Numbered from the stretch's first letter, positions 25,624 to 39,097 are shown. The stretch: 64,000 nucleotides of DNA from Octopus vulgaris (GCA_951406725.2 OX597824.1:5022001-5086000); one strand, 5' to 3'. The notes: a model not told the origin generated them from the letters alone. Translations and numbers: made by a program.

Positions 25624-25842
25624 ATATATATGTATATATATATATGTATGTATATATATATGTATATATATACATATATATGACGGGCTTCTTTCAGTTT
25701 CCATCTACCAAATCCATTCACAAGGCTTTGATCAGGCGGAGGCTATAGTAGAAGACACTTGCCCAAAGTTGCCACGCAGTGGGACTGAGCCTGGAACCAT
25801 GTGGTTGGTAAGCAAGCTACTTAGCACACAGCCCCTCCTGCT
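24665..25842. mobile_element. Cluster of four SINE B copies: + 24665-25160, + 25193-25320, - 25380-25545, - 25680-25842
   Basis: Family core and boxes in both orientations, separated by (TA)n. Confidence 0.9.
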
Positions 25843-26480
25843 GTGCAGTTCTTGTTTGGAAGCATCCCGAACAGTTTGTGACATGTCAGTATAAGTGGCT
25901 GCATCAAGCCTTGTCAGCAGGTGTTTGTTGAGTGGCCAAAAGAGTTGACCTACTTAACAGATTCCTCAGATTTCAAGGAAATACAAACATAATAATTTGA
26001 TACAAGTTGTTGTACATATATAAGATAGAAAGGAAGCAAGCTTGGGAGGACCAAAAGCAAGCTGGACAAAATGCTTAGCAGCATTTTAGGCATTTTGTTT
26101 GTTTTTATGGTCTGAGTTCAAATTCCACTCAGGTCAACTTTGCCTTTCATCCTTATGGGGTGGAGATAGGGAGTTATAAAATAAACACATCTAAGTATCA
26201 GTTTGTCAAACATTGCTTGGGTTTGATCTCTTAACCCTATCATCCACCACTATCTTGCATAGTGATCATGAGGTCACTATAGCAATGTTCTGTTGAGCAC
26301 TAAGGTCAATGTAGTTGGCTTCCCCACCCCTCAAAATTGTTGCTCTTGTGTCAAAATAAGAAGGGATATAAAATATAATGATTGAAATACCCCAAAATGA
26401 TGTTTCAATCATTGTTTCTCTATTAATTATTATTCTATTATTCTATTAATTATTGGACTATTAATATTTTCAATATCAAA

Positions 26481-27093
26481 GGCGGTGAGCTGGCAGAAAC
26501 GTTAGCACACCTGGCAAAATGCTTAGGAGTATTTCTTCTGCCATTACGTTCTGAGTTCAAATTCCGCCGAGGTCAACTTTGCCTTTCATCCTTTAGGGGT
26601 CGAATAAATAAGTACCAGTTACACACTGGGGTCGATATAATTGACTTAATCCGTTTGTCTGCCCTTGTTTGTCCTCTCTGTATTTATCCCCTTGTGGGTA
26701 GTAAAGAAATAGGTATTTCGTCTGCCATTACTTTCTGAGTTCGAATTCCACCGAGGTTAATTTTGCCTTTCATCCTTTCGGGGTCGATAAATTAAGTACC
26801 AGTTATGCACTGGGGTCGATACAATCGACTTAATCCCTTTGTCTGTCTTTGTTTGTTCCCTCTATGTTTAGTCCTAGGTGGGCAATAAAGAAATAAGAAA
26901 CGTTAGCACGCTTGGCAAAATGCTTAGTGGTATTTCGTCTGTCCTTACATTCTGAGTTCAAATTCCACTGAGGTCGACTTTGCCTTTCATCCTTTCAGGG
27001 TAATAAATTAAGTACCAGTTGCTTGCTGGAGCCCATCTAATCGACTGGCCTCCTTCCTCCAAAATTTTGGACCTTGTACCTAGAATAGAAAAG
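26481..27093 (+). mobile_element. SINE family A trimer within one TSD
   Basis: Three B-box-plus-core units; AATATTTT(C/A)AATATCAAA at 26463-26480 and 27094-27111. Confidence 0.9.
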
Positions 27094-27494
27094 AATATTT
27101 TAAATATCAAATTAATATTGTTTTATTATTACTATCAGCAAACATATACCTACATTAAATTATTCTATTTCTTATTTTTCTCAACGCAAATATCCTACCA
27201 CAAATTCATATACACTCCCAGTTAACCTTTGGTTCTGGAAATGTTTTTCACCTTTGTTCTAGATCTTCAGGTAATTTGAGCTAAACACAGGAAGCTAATG
27301 AAACGCTCTTCAGTCATACAATCCTTGTGATCCCACTACTTACAGCATCGAGCTAGACATATCTCCTTTTGGTATCTATTCACAGAGAGATTGATTTAAC
27401 AATGAAGGGTAATCTGGGATCCTCATCGTTTCCTCTAAGCTGTGTGCTTGTGCATGCACTCACTCACACACACTCACACGCACACACACACATT

Positions 27495-27870
27495 TTAAGA
27501 CCCGGCAAATAAAGTGAGTCCACAGCTGTAACCTACACCATTGTCGCATAACCAGCCCACTCAAAAGTACCTTGGATTGTAGGGCGCCATGCCATGCTTG
27601 AGGAGACCTACTGAGTCAAGTACATCAACATCAACAGCAATATCAAAATCAAATCGAATGGAAATAGTAGTTGTGAGCCCCATGCCAGTAGCACGTAAAA
27701 AGCACCATCCAAATGTGGCCAATGTCAGTGCCGCTTTGACTAGTTTCCGTGCCGGTGACACGTAAAAAGCACCATCCGATCATGGTCGATGCCAGCTCCT
27801 CTGGCCCCTGCGCCAGTGGCATGTAAAAAGCACCGACTACTCTCTCAGAGTGTTTAGCGTTAGGAAGGGC
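27495..27870 (+). mobile_element. Family C / RTE 3' UTR fragment
   Basis: Homologous to 22540-22690 followed by GCAC(G/A)TAAAAAGCACC repeats. Confidence 0.85.
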
Positions 27871-28491
27871 TATGTTGATATGTTTAGGTTGTTCAGAAAT
27901 TATTCAGCCTAAATTAAGATCCCCATTGCTTGAGAGGGGCTAAGGGGCTACAGGAGAAAGTGGGGTAGCTTTATGCTATGTGATGAGAGTTTAAAGTGAG
28001 AGAAAAGGGTCTAGAACAGAACAGGTTTCTTGCTGTAGGGGAGCTACACAGCTTTTTGATCATCGAAGAGAGAATGGGAGGGGCCAGCGTGGAACTGGAA
28101 AATGATAAACATATTGTGATGAGGCATCAGAGTGGACCCTCAAGACACAAAGTGAGTCGAAGTGAGTAGGGACAGGAATTTAGGAAATGTGGTTGAGTAG
28201 AGGTCGCAGGTGTGTATGGAAGAGTGATGCATGGTTGGAGATAAGGAATGTGTAAGAAGGTGAATATAAGGAATGAAAAACAAAAGTTGGGGGATAATAA
28301 GTAGGGAAGGTAGGCAATACTGTTCAAAGGGATGGCCATACTGGGTAGTTAACTAGGGGCCCTTAGAGGTGTAGGGGTCCAATTCTGATCTATGTATGCT
28401 GTGGCTTGCTGTCAATAAATAAATATGGGGTCTGGTGCACTGATTTTCGAGAGGGACCTATGATATAATACTGTTAAGATGGCCCTGAAGG

Positions 28492-28550
<59 letters not shown>

Positions 28551-28555
28551 ATATA

Positions 28556-28739
28556 TTGCCGGTGGCACGTAAAAAGCGCCCACTACACTCTCGGAGTGGT
28601 TGGCATTAGGAAGGGCATCCAGCTGTAGAAACTCTGCCAAATCAAGATTGGAGTCTGGTGCAGCCATCTGGTTCGCCAGCCCTCAGTCAAAATCGTCCAA
28701 CCCATGCTAGCATGGAAAGCGGATGTTAAACGATGATTA

Positions 28740-28743
<4 letters not shown>
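28556..28743 (+). mobile_element. Family C tail
   Basis: Family motifs and GAT tail, flanked by microsatellites. Confidence 0.88.
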
Positions 28744-28797
<54 letters not shown>

Positions 28798-29376
28798 TGT
28801 CATGGAAAAAATAAAATGGTGACATGCTCTTGTTATTCTCACCATCAGTAAATGTAAGGCAGCCAATGATCGGTCCAGTTTGCAACCTGTAACCAAGGAA
28901 GCTGATGTTCACAAAGCACTATATAAAATGAAATATAAAAAAAATATATATATTCCTAGATATTCTGATGTGTTCCCCTGGCAGCTTGGTAGACTGAAGG
29001 AAAGTAACATAAAATAGAAACAGGATGATGTTCCAGCGGCTGATTGGAAATTATGAATTATGTATTGTCAGTTTGACAGGTTATTGATTTGGCTATCTGG
29101 CCTCAACACTCTCTACATGGCTGTGCAACCGACAGGCAAAAAAACAAAAAAAAAAACAACAAAAAAAAAAACAAAAAAAAACACCAGCCAAATATCTATC
29201 TAACACAGACATGACTGAATGGTTAAACAGTTTGTTTTATGACCATGTAGTTTTGGGTTCAATCCCTGTCTGCAGTACCTTCAGCATGCGTCTTCAATGT
29301 CTTCTACTGTAGAACCAGGTTGATTAATTCCTTATGAGTGAATTCGGCAGAAGAAAACTATGTTGAAGCCCATCAT

Positions 29377-29432
<56 letters not shown>

Positions 29433-29438
<6 letters not shown>

Positions 29439-29830
29439 AGCAACAAGGATATCCAAAGGTAGTGCAGTACCTTTGGATATCCTTGTTGCTTATTTTGATT
29501 TAACCCCATTTGATTTATATGGATAATACCATACCAAATTCTGGTGCCTTTAACTTAAATACCATATTCACCTGAATCTAAATTTTTACTGAACTTATAT
29601 ATATATATACATATATCTACCTTTAAACTCCATCCTGTTAACACCTCAAATGTAAAATTCTCCCCTGATGATGGGAGGTGGTATTACTCGATAATGGATC
29701 CAAGTAACTATCATTATTCCGGATCACCAAGTCCCCAGAAACAGCTGTTGGACTCTTAAAACTCCTCATTTAACTCCGGATACCATTTATATTCTGTAAG
29801 TCGGACTATTCTATATCCATACACATGTAC
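29433..29830 (+). mobile_element. Second Penelope-like segment: perfect 29-bp hairpin plus hammerhead
   Basis: 29433-29461 pairs with 29468-29496; lies next to (TA)n. Confidence 0.65.
29661..29752 (+). ncRNA. Minimal type I hammerhead ribozyme candidate
   Basis: CTGATGA 29665-29671; long stem II (TGGG..CCCA); GAAA 29738-29741; palindromic CAGCTG; GTT triplet. Stem I is only 2-3 bp. Confidence 0.6.
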
Positions 29831-30387
29831 ACTTTTTTTCTTTTAAATGTATTTAATATTCTAGGTAAATCAACTTGCCTGACTTGCTTGTCATTACATT
29901 TGCTCATCTACTGGCTCAAGTTCAAATCTCTTCGGCACTTCACAGTGTATTCTATATAGTGAACACCTGTCTCTAACCTATAAACTATATATATATGTAT
30001 ATATCGTTTTGGGAAATATATATATGCAGAATACATACACACAAATGTACACACATACATACATAAATACATGCATACACACATGCATGCATGCATACAT
30101 ACATGCATAAGCACACACACACACACACACTAACCCACACATATACACTCAAACAAGCAAAAAGGAAGGCAGTGTGAATTACAGAGTCAAAACTATTGAA
30201 AAAGTTGCAAGAAGCAACAAAAATTTTAGAAAAATAAAAAAGAAAATAAGTATGTTAAATCATAAGGCACTAAAAGAGAATGACTCTCCCCAGACACAAC
30301 AGTATATACACACATATATATATATATATATATATCATCGTCATCATCATATATATACACATACATACATACATACATATATATATA

Positions 30388-30693
30388 TATTCTTTTACTT
30401 GTTTCAGTCATTTGACCGTGGCCATGCTGGACCACTGCCTTTAGTCGAGGAAATCAGCTCCAGAACTTATTCTTTGTAAGCCAAGTACTTATTCTATCGG
30501 TTTCTTTTACTGAACTGTTAAGTTGTGGAGACCTAAATTCAACAGCATCGGTTGTCAAGCGATGTGGGGGGGGGGGGTTACAAACACAGACACACAAACA
30601 CATATGTATACATATATATATATATACGATGGGCTTCTTTCAGTTTCCATCTACCAAATCCACTCACAAGGCTTTGGTCGGCCCGAGGCTATA

Positions 30694-30754
<61 letters not shown>

Positions 30755-31190
30755 TATATATATTGTACTGTATATTTATTTGTGTGTGATATATAAATAT
30801 CATCATCATCATTTAATGTCTGCTTTCCATGCTGGTATGGGTTAGACAGTTTCATTGAGGACTGGCGAGCCAGATGGCTGCACCAGACTCCAATCTTTTC
30901 TGGCAAGGTTTTTACAGCTGGATGACCTTCCTAACACCAACCACTCCAAGAGTGTAGGAGGTGCTTTTTACGTGCCACTGGCATGGGAGCCAGTCATGTG
31001 GCACTGGCAATGACCGCACTCAAATGATGGTTTTAATGTGCCACCAGTACGGGAGCCAATTAGGCAGCACTGGCAACAACCACACTCGAATGGTGCTTTT
31101 TATGTGCCACTGGCATGGAAGCCAGCCCAGTGGAACTGGCATTGGCCACACTCTAATGGTGCTTTTTTTACATGCCATCAGCATGGTTTT
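30388..31190 (-). mobile_element. SINE B (30388-30695) and family C element (30799-31190)
   Basis: Family motifs in reverse orientation. Confidence 0.88.
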
Positions 31191-31635
31191 ACCGCATATA
31201 TCTATGTATGTATATATGTATCTGTCTATCTATCTATATATTTTTATGTATATGTCATTATCCTCATGTAACATCCATCTTTCATGTGGCATGGGTTGGA
31301 TGATTTGACAGGAGCTGTCAAGCCAGAGGAGTGTGCTAAGGTTGTGTGTGTGTGTGTGTGTCACTGTTTTTGTTCTCCTACTGCTTGACAAATGGTATTG
31401 GTTTATTAATCCTCATAACCTAGTGGTTCTGCAAAGGGGATTGACAGAATAAGTACCAGACATGAAAAAATGGAAAAACCAACTATCAGGTTGATTTGAT
31501 TGACAAAAACCATTCAATACAGTGTCCCAGAAAAAAAGTGGGGTGGGGGGAGAAGAGTTTCTTAAATAGATTAACATTGCTTTGAAATGTCAAATATCAT
31601 TTTTTTTCATATAATAAATTTTTGTTAAATTTTAT

Positions 31636-31862
31636 TTAACCCTTTCATTACCAACTCGGCTGAAACTGGCTCTGGGTACAAATGTCTTATTTTTATAAGT
31701 TTTGAATAAAAATCTTCCACCAAACCTTAGTCACAATTTATGTTTCTAATACTAGCTGAATGATAACTAAGTTATTTTACTAAATTCTTTGTTATATTTA
31801 AAGTAATCAAAAGAAACACAGAGCATCTCAAAAAACAAAAAATACAGTTATGAAAGGGTTAA
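31636..31862. mobile_element. piggyBac-like MITE, inverted relative to the 5560 copy
   Basis: TTAA-CCCTTTCAT..ATGAAAGGG-TTAA; interior is the reverse complement of the 5.6-kb copies. Confidence 0.88.
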
Positions 31863-32407
31863 AAAGCCCTAATTTCACAGGACCTTAGAATTCATTCACA
31901 GAAACTTGGAGTTTTTTTGGAATCCATTCTGGGAAGCACAACCCTAAAGTATTTAGTAGCATCATCCTAACAGGATGTCTTCACTATACAGACATACACA
32001 CACACACTCACTCACTCACCAGTATTAAAAACGCCGCCATAGGCTCCCTTACAGAAGAAATTATTAACCATTTTGGATTTTGGCATCAACCTGCCTGACA
32101 CTACCCAAAGAACTGTCATCTTGAAGTAGTTTATTTAAACTATGTCAGAACCTTTATGATGTCTTCCAAATACTAGTTTAACTCGTAAGTATTTAAATTG
32201 CTGTCAAATGCAAAACTAATTTATTCGTTTTGAATTAATCATGCATTATTTTATAGCTTTGAGATTTGAATTAAGTGATTGTTTATTTTCAGATTGTTTT
32301 TGTTGGGTTGGTGTGAGAGGCCAGATCTGGCTAGTGTGAACATAAAACAAGTAGAATATTTTGGCTGGGGTGTCAACAAACCAACACCAGTTTAAATGCT
32401 AATGGAT

Positions 32408-32945
32408 TCATCATCATCATCATCATCATCATCATTTAACGTCCGTTTTTCCGCGCTAGCACGGGTTGGACGGTTCGACCGGGATCTGGGAAGCCGTGGA
32501 GGCTGCACCAGGCTCCAGTCTTATCTGGCAGTGTTTCTACAGCTGGATGCCCTTCCTAATGCCAACCACTCCGTGAATGTAGTGGGTGTTTTTTACGTGC
32601 CACCAGCATAGAGGCCAGAGCAGTCTGGCAAGTGGCCATGATCGGTTGGTGCTTTTACGCGTCACCGACACGGACGCCAGTCAGGTGGCGCTGGCATCTG
32701 TCATGTTCGGATGGTGCTTTTTACGTGTCACCAACACGGGTGTCTTAACTACAATTTCCATTTGATTTTTATTTTGATGTTGACGTACTTGACTCAATAG
32801 GTCTCCTCAAGAACAGCAGGTTGCTCTACAACCCAAGGTTAGCACAGCAGGCCATCCTGCGAGCCATGAACTCACTTCATTTTGTCGGGTCTTCACAGTC
32901 ACAGCATATCTCTGGGGTCTCGGTCTTTCGTCATTTCCTCTGTGA
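32408..32945 (-). mobile_element. RTE 3' end (family C)
   Basis: (CAT)n tail, tandem repeats and ORF end EEMTKDRDPRDML-like at 32900-32945. Confidence 0.88.
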
Positions 32946-33626
32946 GGATTAATTGCGATAAAGTTACTTATTTTGCCAAAATCCTTTTGAATCCTTTATC
33001 TTGCTCAGGTGGACTGACCACAAATCTGAGAACAAAGATGGATGTTTAGGACAACTTACAAAACCGATTTGGACAAGTAAAGAGTTAATTCACTTTAAAA
33101 GAGAAAGCTTGTATCAGTCTCAGGAGAGTTGGTGTTAAAAAGGGTTAATGGCCCCAGTTATGGTGTCTACTGCTTTCTATTCATCATTTAAATCTAGTTG
33201 GATCATCTCTTCCCCTCGGATGTTTCTATCATAGTGTTATCTATCTCCTAGCTGAGTAATGTATAAAAGGAAATAATCTCCCTTATCAGCTGGGAATGTA
33301 ACCTAGTTTTTTTTTTTGTTTTTTTTTTACACCTGTTTGTTGCTTTCACTTTATTTATATTTCTAATCACCCTTTAATAAGTGTGACCTTCCCAATTCCA
33401 ATTTACTCCTCTCTAAACGCCAATGAGAAAGCATCTGTGATTACTTGGACTTGTTTGAAAAAAGTGTAGAAATTTCTCTTGGAAATAGCAGCTAAACATT
33501 CCTTGAATCACAGCTCACTGTCTTAAAAAAAAATAAAGTTACTTTGGATAATGTAGATCTTCATAACATCATGTGCGAAAGAAAAAAAAAAGAAAGAGGA
33601 AAATGATAGGATAGTCAAGGATAAAA

Positions 33627-34026
33627 TACCTATTTCTTTACTACCCACAAGGGGCTAAACACAGAAGGGACAAACAAGGACAGACAAACGGATTAAGTCG
33701 ATTATATCGACCCCAGTGCATAACTGGTACTTATTTAATTGACCCCGAAAGGATGAAAGCAAAGTTGACCTCGGCGGAATTTGAACTCAGAATGTAGCGG
33801 CAGACGAAATACCTATTTCTTTACTACCCACAAGGGGCTAAACACAGAGAGGACAAACAAGCATAGACAGACAGAGTAAGCCGATTATATCGACCCCAGT
33901 GCATAACTGGTACTTATTTAATCGACCCCGAAAGGATGAAAGGCAAAGTTGACCTTGCCGGAATTTGAACTCAGAACGTAGCGGCAGACGAAATACTGCT
34001 AAGCATTTCGCCAGTTCGTCACCTTT
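33627..34026 (-). mobile_element. SINE family A dimer with TSD
   Basis: Two units; AAGGATAAAATACCT at 33617 and 34027. Confidence 0.9.
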
Positions 34027-34473
34027 AAGGATAAAATACCTTTGGGCATAGGCCTGCTGGATCAAGGCTGACCTGGGGTTAAACAACAACAACACCCCCT
34101 CCTCTTAAAAGAAACTGGAGGCTTTCTGGTCGAACACATGGAGTAAACAAGGAACACTACTCCAGTATGTTTAGGGAAAATAGGGATATGCCATTAAAGG
34201 AACCCTTATGCAGCTACTCAATCTGCTCAAAATAACAGTTAAATCCCCTTCATGCCATTTAGAAAAAGGACACATTGAACAATGTACACCCAAATAGATG
34301 AAATACCAAGAAGGTCATTGCTGGAATGTTTTAATTAAAAGCCTGCTTGATCAGGGTTGACTTGATGCTAAATTACAACAAAAGCATTGATCTATATATG
34401 CCATGAGAAAACCATGTTACTTCAAGAATATAATGAAACTAGTTTTATAAACAAAAAAAAAAAAAAATCAATT

Positions 34474-34870
34474 AGGCGTAGGAGTGACTGTGTGGCAAGT
34501 AGCTTGCTTACCAACCACATGGTTCCGGATTTGGTCCCACTGCGTGGCACCTTGGGCAAGTGTCTTCTACTATAGCCTCAGGCCGACCAAAGCCTTGTGA
34601 GTGGATTTGGTAGACGGAAACTGAAAGAAGCCCGTTGTATATATGTATATACGTGTGTGTGTGTGTTTGTGTGTCTGTGTTTGTCCACCCAACATCGCTT
34701 GACAACCGATCCTGGTGTGTTTACATCCTCCGGTTCGGCAAAAGAGACTGATAGAATAAGTACTAGGCTTACAAAGAATAAGTCCTGGGGGTCGATTTCC
34801 TCGACTAAAGGCGGTGCTCCAGCATGGCCACAGTCAAATGACTGAAACAAGTAAAAGAGTAAAAGAGAGA
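34474..34870 (+). mobile_element. Full-length SINE family B
   Basis: Head, core and tail all present. Confidence 0.93.
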
Positions 34871-36069
34871 GTAATTAATTTTATTAAATGAAAAAAATAA
34901 AAAACTGAAGAAAATAAAAATTGATCAAAGCAGTGATGAATTGTCAAATGGGTGCTGAAGGCATCAAAATCTACCATAAAAAGGAACATTTGCTTTCAAA
35001 GATAAACCCTATTTTCCTTGCCCTGTAAATATTTTTAATATACAAGCAATTGTCAATATAGATAATATATATTTGTATAAAGAAATATATTTCTCGATAT
35101 AAACCGATATATGTTCCTAAGTCCACCGTACTGCACTGAATACTGTGTTCATATCATAAACATTTCCTGGAAAATCACAACAAAAGCATTGATAAGAAAA
35201 GCATCCCAATTGAAGAACGTAATGAAACTATTTTTTATAAGCAAAATACAGCAATTAATTTCATCAAAAAAAAAAAAAAATATTGAAGAAAAATAAAAAA
35301 TCGACTATGGTACAGATTTGAACCCTAACACTCGTTGGTTACATCTAAGATGATAAGCAATTTTTTTTTCTTTTTATATTTTATTCACCTTCATTTTTTA
35401 GTCAGCAGAAAGATATTTAAATAAGTAAATGGACTGAGCTATTAAACATATCTTTTCTCGGTTAACTTCTGCACTTTATGGTCAGCTGTTTAGGTTTGTA
35501 TTACGTTACACATATTTCTACATTTTTTCCAGCCTCTTATTTTCAATTTTTTTCTGTCTAAAATTTAATAATTCCAATCGATCAAACAGGGAGAGGAATT
35601 AAACTAATCCATGATGTGACAACTTCTCTTTCAATTTAATTCTGTTTCTGCTGAAGATTATGTCTGTTCAGTCATTAAATTTAAAATTTAATCTTTTTGT
35701 TATTTCGGTGAATCTCCATTGTTGGAAGGTGAGGGAGGATTCAGTAGTTTGATCGACCAAATAACTTGCTCTTAAATTAACGTCTAAGTGGCTGAGTATT
35801 CCACAGACCTGTGTACACTTTTGAGTCACAGGTGTACTCCACCTGGTTGGCTTCTATTCAGTTTGTGTCTACCCAGTTTCATTCACATGGTATGGGTTAA
35901 CCTGAAGCTTTTGGAAACAGCATTGGCTCAAGCTGCCATGCTGTGGGATCAAACCCAGGCTCACATTCAAATGTTCTGATCTTTCTAATAAAACTTTGCC
36001 TATGTTTTCCAATAAACTCTGCTGAGTTTTACTTTTTTGTTCTGAAATTTTCAAACTGTAACAATAATT

Positions 36070-36500
36070 TATGGACACAGCCTATCTATCTATCTATCCA
36101 CCTACCTACCTATCTATGGACACTACCTACGTATCTATCCACCTACCTACCTACCTATCTATCTATCTACCTACCTACCTATGGACACTACCTACGTATC
36201 TATCTATCTACCTACCTATCTATGGACACTACCTACGTATCTATCTACCTACATATCTATCTACCTACATATCTATCTACCTTCCTATCTATCTATCTAT
36301 CTACCTACCTACCTACCTATCTATGGACACTACCTACGTATCTATCCATCCACCTACCTACCTATCTACCTACTTATCTATCTATCTACCTACCTACCTA
36401 CGTATCTATCCATCCACCTACCTACCTATCTATGGACACTACCTTCCTACCTACCTATCTATCTACCTATCTATCTTTTTACCTACCTGTCTACCTCCCT
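36070..36500. repeat. (CTAC)/(CTAT) tetranucleotide array punctuated by ATGGACACTACC
   Basis: Six ATGGACAC markers at irregular 42-110 bp spacing. Confidence 0.93.
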
Positions 36501-36775
36501 CCCTCCTTCTCTCATTGTAGTATTGTTGCAAATAATTCCCAGTTAGATTTGTGTGTGTGTGTGTGTGTGTGGAGATGTTTGAGTGATTATTGTATTTGGT
36601 CCTTAACAATGCAAATAAAGGTAATAATAATAGTTATTGTTTATAGTGAGCAAACAGAAGATAAGACACTTCAGCTGTGACCATCACTTCTTTCATTTGG
36701 ATATAGGACACCAATAACCACATTAATCAATTCTTTTATTTTTTTTAATTGAAATTTGGCAACTTGCTTTTTGCA

Positions 36776-37313
36776 GCAGGTTGAACAATCACAGGATCCT
36801 CACATTAGTTTACGGACAATTTCAGTTGACGTTGCTCAATGCTCAGTGTTCTGGCTTGAATGCGTCCATGTTTTATCTATCTCCTCATCCACATTTATAT
36901 AAAAAGATGAGCTTTTTGAAATTACAAGTCATAATTACGCATGGCATTTAGATTGGCTGAAATGGGCAGCTTTTACTCTAAATGTACACACACACACGGA
37001 CTGTGTGTGTGTGTGTGTACAACTGGTTTCTGAATATTACCATTTGCTGTAATACTAGAAATGAATTCTACCAAATTTGCTGCATTTAAACAATAGAAAT
37101 TAGTTATTCACAACAAAAGTTGTCAGTGACTGAAGGGAGGGGGGGAGGTTCAGATGATTTCAGAATGTCAATATCAATCTTTTTTTTTTTTCAGTTGTGT
37201 TAGTATTTAGGCCATAATTAACTCCACTTCAGACATAATATTTTTAACTGACACCATAGTGAGAAACCAGACTCTATGTATGGTCGGTATATATATATAT
37301 ATATATATATATC

Positions 37314-37344
<31 letters not shown>

Positions 37345-37889
37345 ATTTGTGTGTGTGTATGTGTATATTTGTGTGTGTGTATGTGTATATTTGTGTGTGT
37401 GTGTGTGTATGTGTATATTTGTGTGTGTGTGTGTGTGTATGTGTATATTTGTGTGTGTGTGTGTATATATGTGTGTGTATATATATATATATGTATATAT
37501 TTGTGTGTGTGTATATATATATATGTATATATTGGTGTGTGTGTATATATATATATGTATATTTTTGTGTGTGTGTATATATATATATGTGTATAAATTT
37601 GTGTGTGTATATATATATATGTGTATAAATTTGTGTGTGTATATATATATATATATGTATAAATTTGTGTGTGTATATATATATATATGTATAAATTTGT
37701 GTGTGTATATATATATATATGTATAAATTTGTGTGTGTATATATATATATATGTATAAATTTGTGTGTGTATATATATATATATATATATGTATAAATTT
37801 GTGTGTGTGTATATATATATGTATAAATGTGTGTATATGTGTGTGTGTGTATATATATATATGTATAAATGTGTGTATATGTGTGTGTG

Positions 37890-37980
<91 letters not shown>

Positions 37981-38113
37981 GTATATATTAGATTCACAAA
38001 TGGTTTTTGTTTTTATATAGTTATTACTGCTGTAATATGATTATGCATTTTTTTCAAATTTTAATCTTTTCCTCTGTGTTAAGTGGTAGCAATAAAGCTG
38101 TAATCTGGCCTCA
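36776..38113 (+). other. Candidate terminal exon and 3' UTR of an unidentified plus-strand gene
   Basis: Acceptor acttgctttttgcag (NAGNAG) then about 150 nt of CpG-containing unique sequence. AATAAA at 38091 is followed by CA and a T/GT-rich tract. CpG depletion ends near 39.5 kb. Confidence 0.3.
37288..37990. repeat. Higher-order (TG)n(TA)n array
   Basis: About 28-34 bp units of TG and TA runs with TATTT / TATAAATTT spacers that change progressively. Confidence 0.95.
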
Positions 38114-38722
38114 GCTTTTGTTCAGCTTTCATGTTTCTGCGAGGTTCTTTTTTATGTCCACAAGACCATCATAGACATGTTTCACTAACCATTGTCGGTC
38201 ATTCTATGACCAGCAAACAAGGGTTAAATGTATGTTTAAGCATTTGCATATAAACTTTTAAAATGTTCACGTACACACATGGCATGTGATGTAGTGAATC
38301 TATGATAATCAACATCGTGTTGAGCTGTCCTTTTTTTTGTGATCATATCTCTTGGATGTGTGTATTTTGTGCATATAAACATGGCTGTGTAGCTTTTTGA
38401 ATATAGGACATTTAGCCAATAGCTCTACATATTGCCCTGGAACTAAAATGCAATTAGCTCAAGACTCTCTCTATCTCTCTCCCACACACTGCTGGATGTA
38501 CAGGGAGTGATAATTGCTTGGTCTCTTGTAAATATTACTTGGTAAATGTCATGTTTTTGCTGTGAGCTCTATATAATGCATTGTAAATAGAGAATATTAT
38601 TGAGCTATTCAGTGTATATATAGCAGAACATTGCCATGTCGGGTGTTTATATATATTGCACTATATAGAATATTTAACTGAGATATTATGCTGTAAATGA
38701 AGAATATTGTTTAGATTTTGTA

Positions 38723-38754
<32 letters not shown>

Positions 38755-38941
38755 CTGTGCTGTAAATGCAGTCTTTGTTAATTCTTAATCTCACATAGGG
38801 AAGCAATCCATAGACATGTCAAAATGATATATTGAGAAAATGGGATCAAGTTAATGATATTCAAAGGTAAATTTGAACTCCTACATAGGGACTGTATTTA
38901 CAGGAGCAGCACAAAGTCAAAGTGGAATTTTTGATGGATAC

Positions 38942-39097
38942 TAGTGAAGTTATAGGGCCTTACTTCGGTTGAGAGTAAACGTGTTAAATTTTGTCTTATT
39001 GTTATAAAATATTTCAAAGACACATGAACTACAATAACAATAGGACAAAATTTATCATGTTTGCTCTCAACCGAAGTAAGGCCCTATAACCTCACTA
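38942..39097. mobile_element. Foldback / MITE-like element with 64-bp arms
   Basis: 38942-39005 vs 39034-39097, 5 mismatches, TA at both ends. Confidence 0.75.

Noticed and set aside
35943-38040. Long ORFs (245 aa, 259 aa and others)
   Set aside because: Translations of (CTAC/CTAT)n and (TG/TA)n arrays.
38654-38662. TATTGCACT matching the miR-92 5' end
   Set aside because: The match stops after 9 nt and there is no precursor hairpin.
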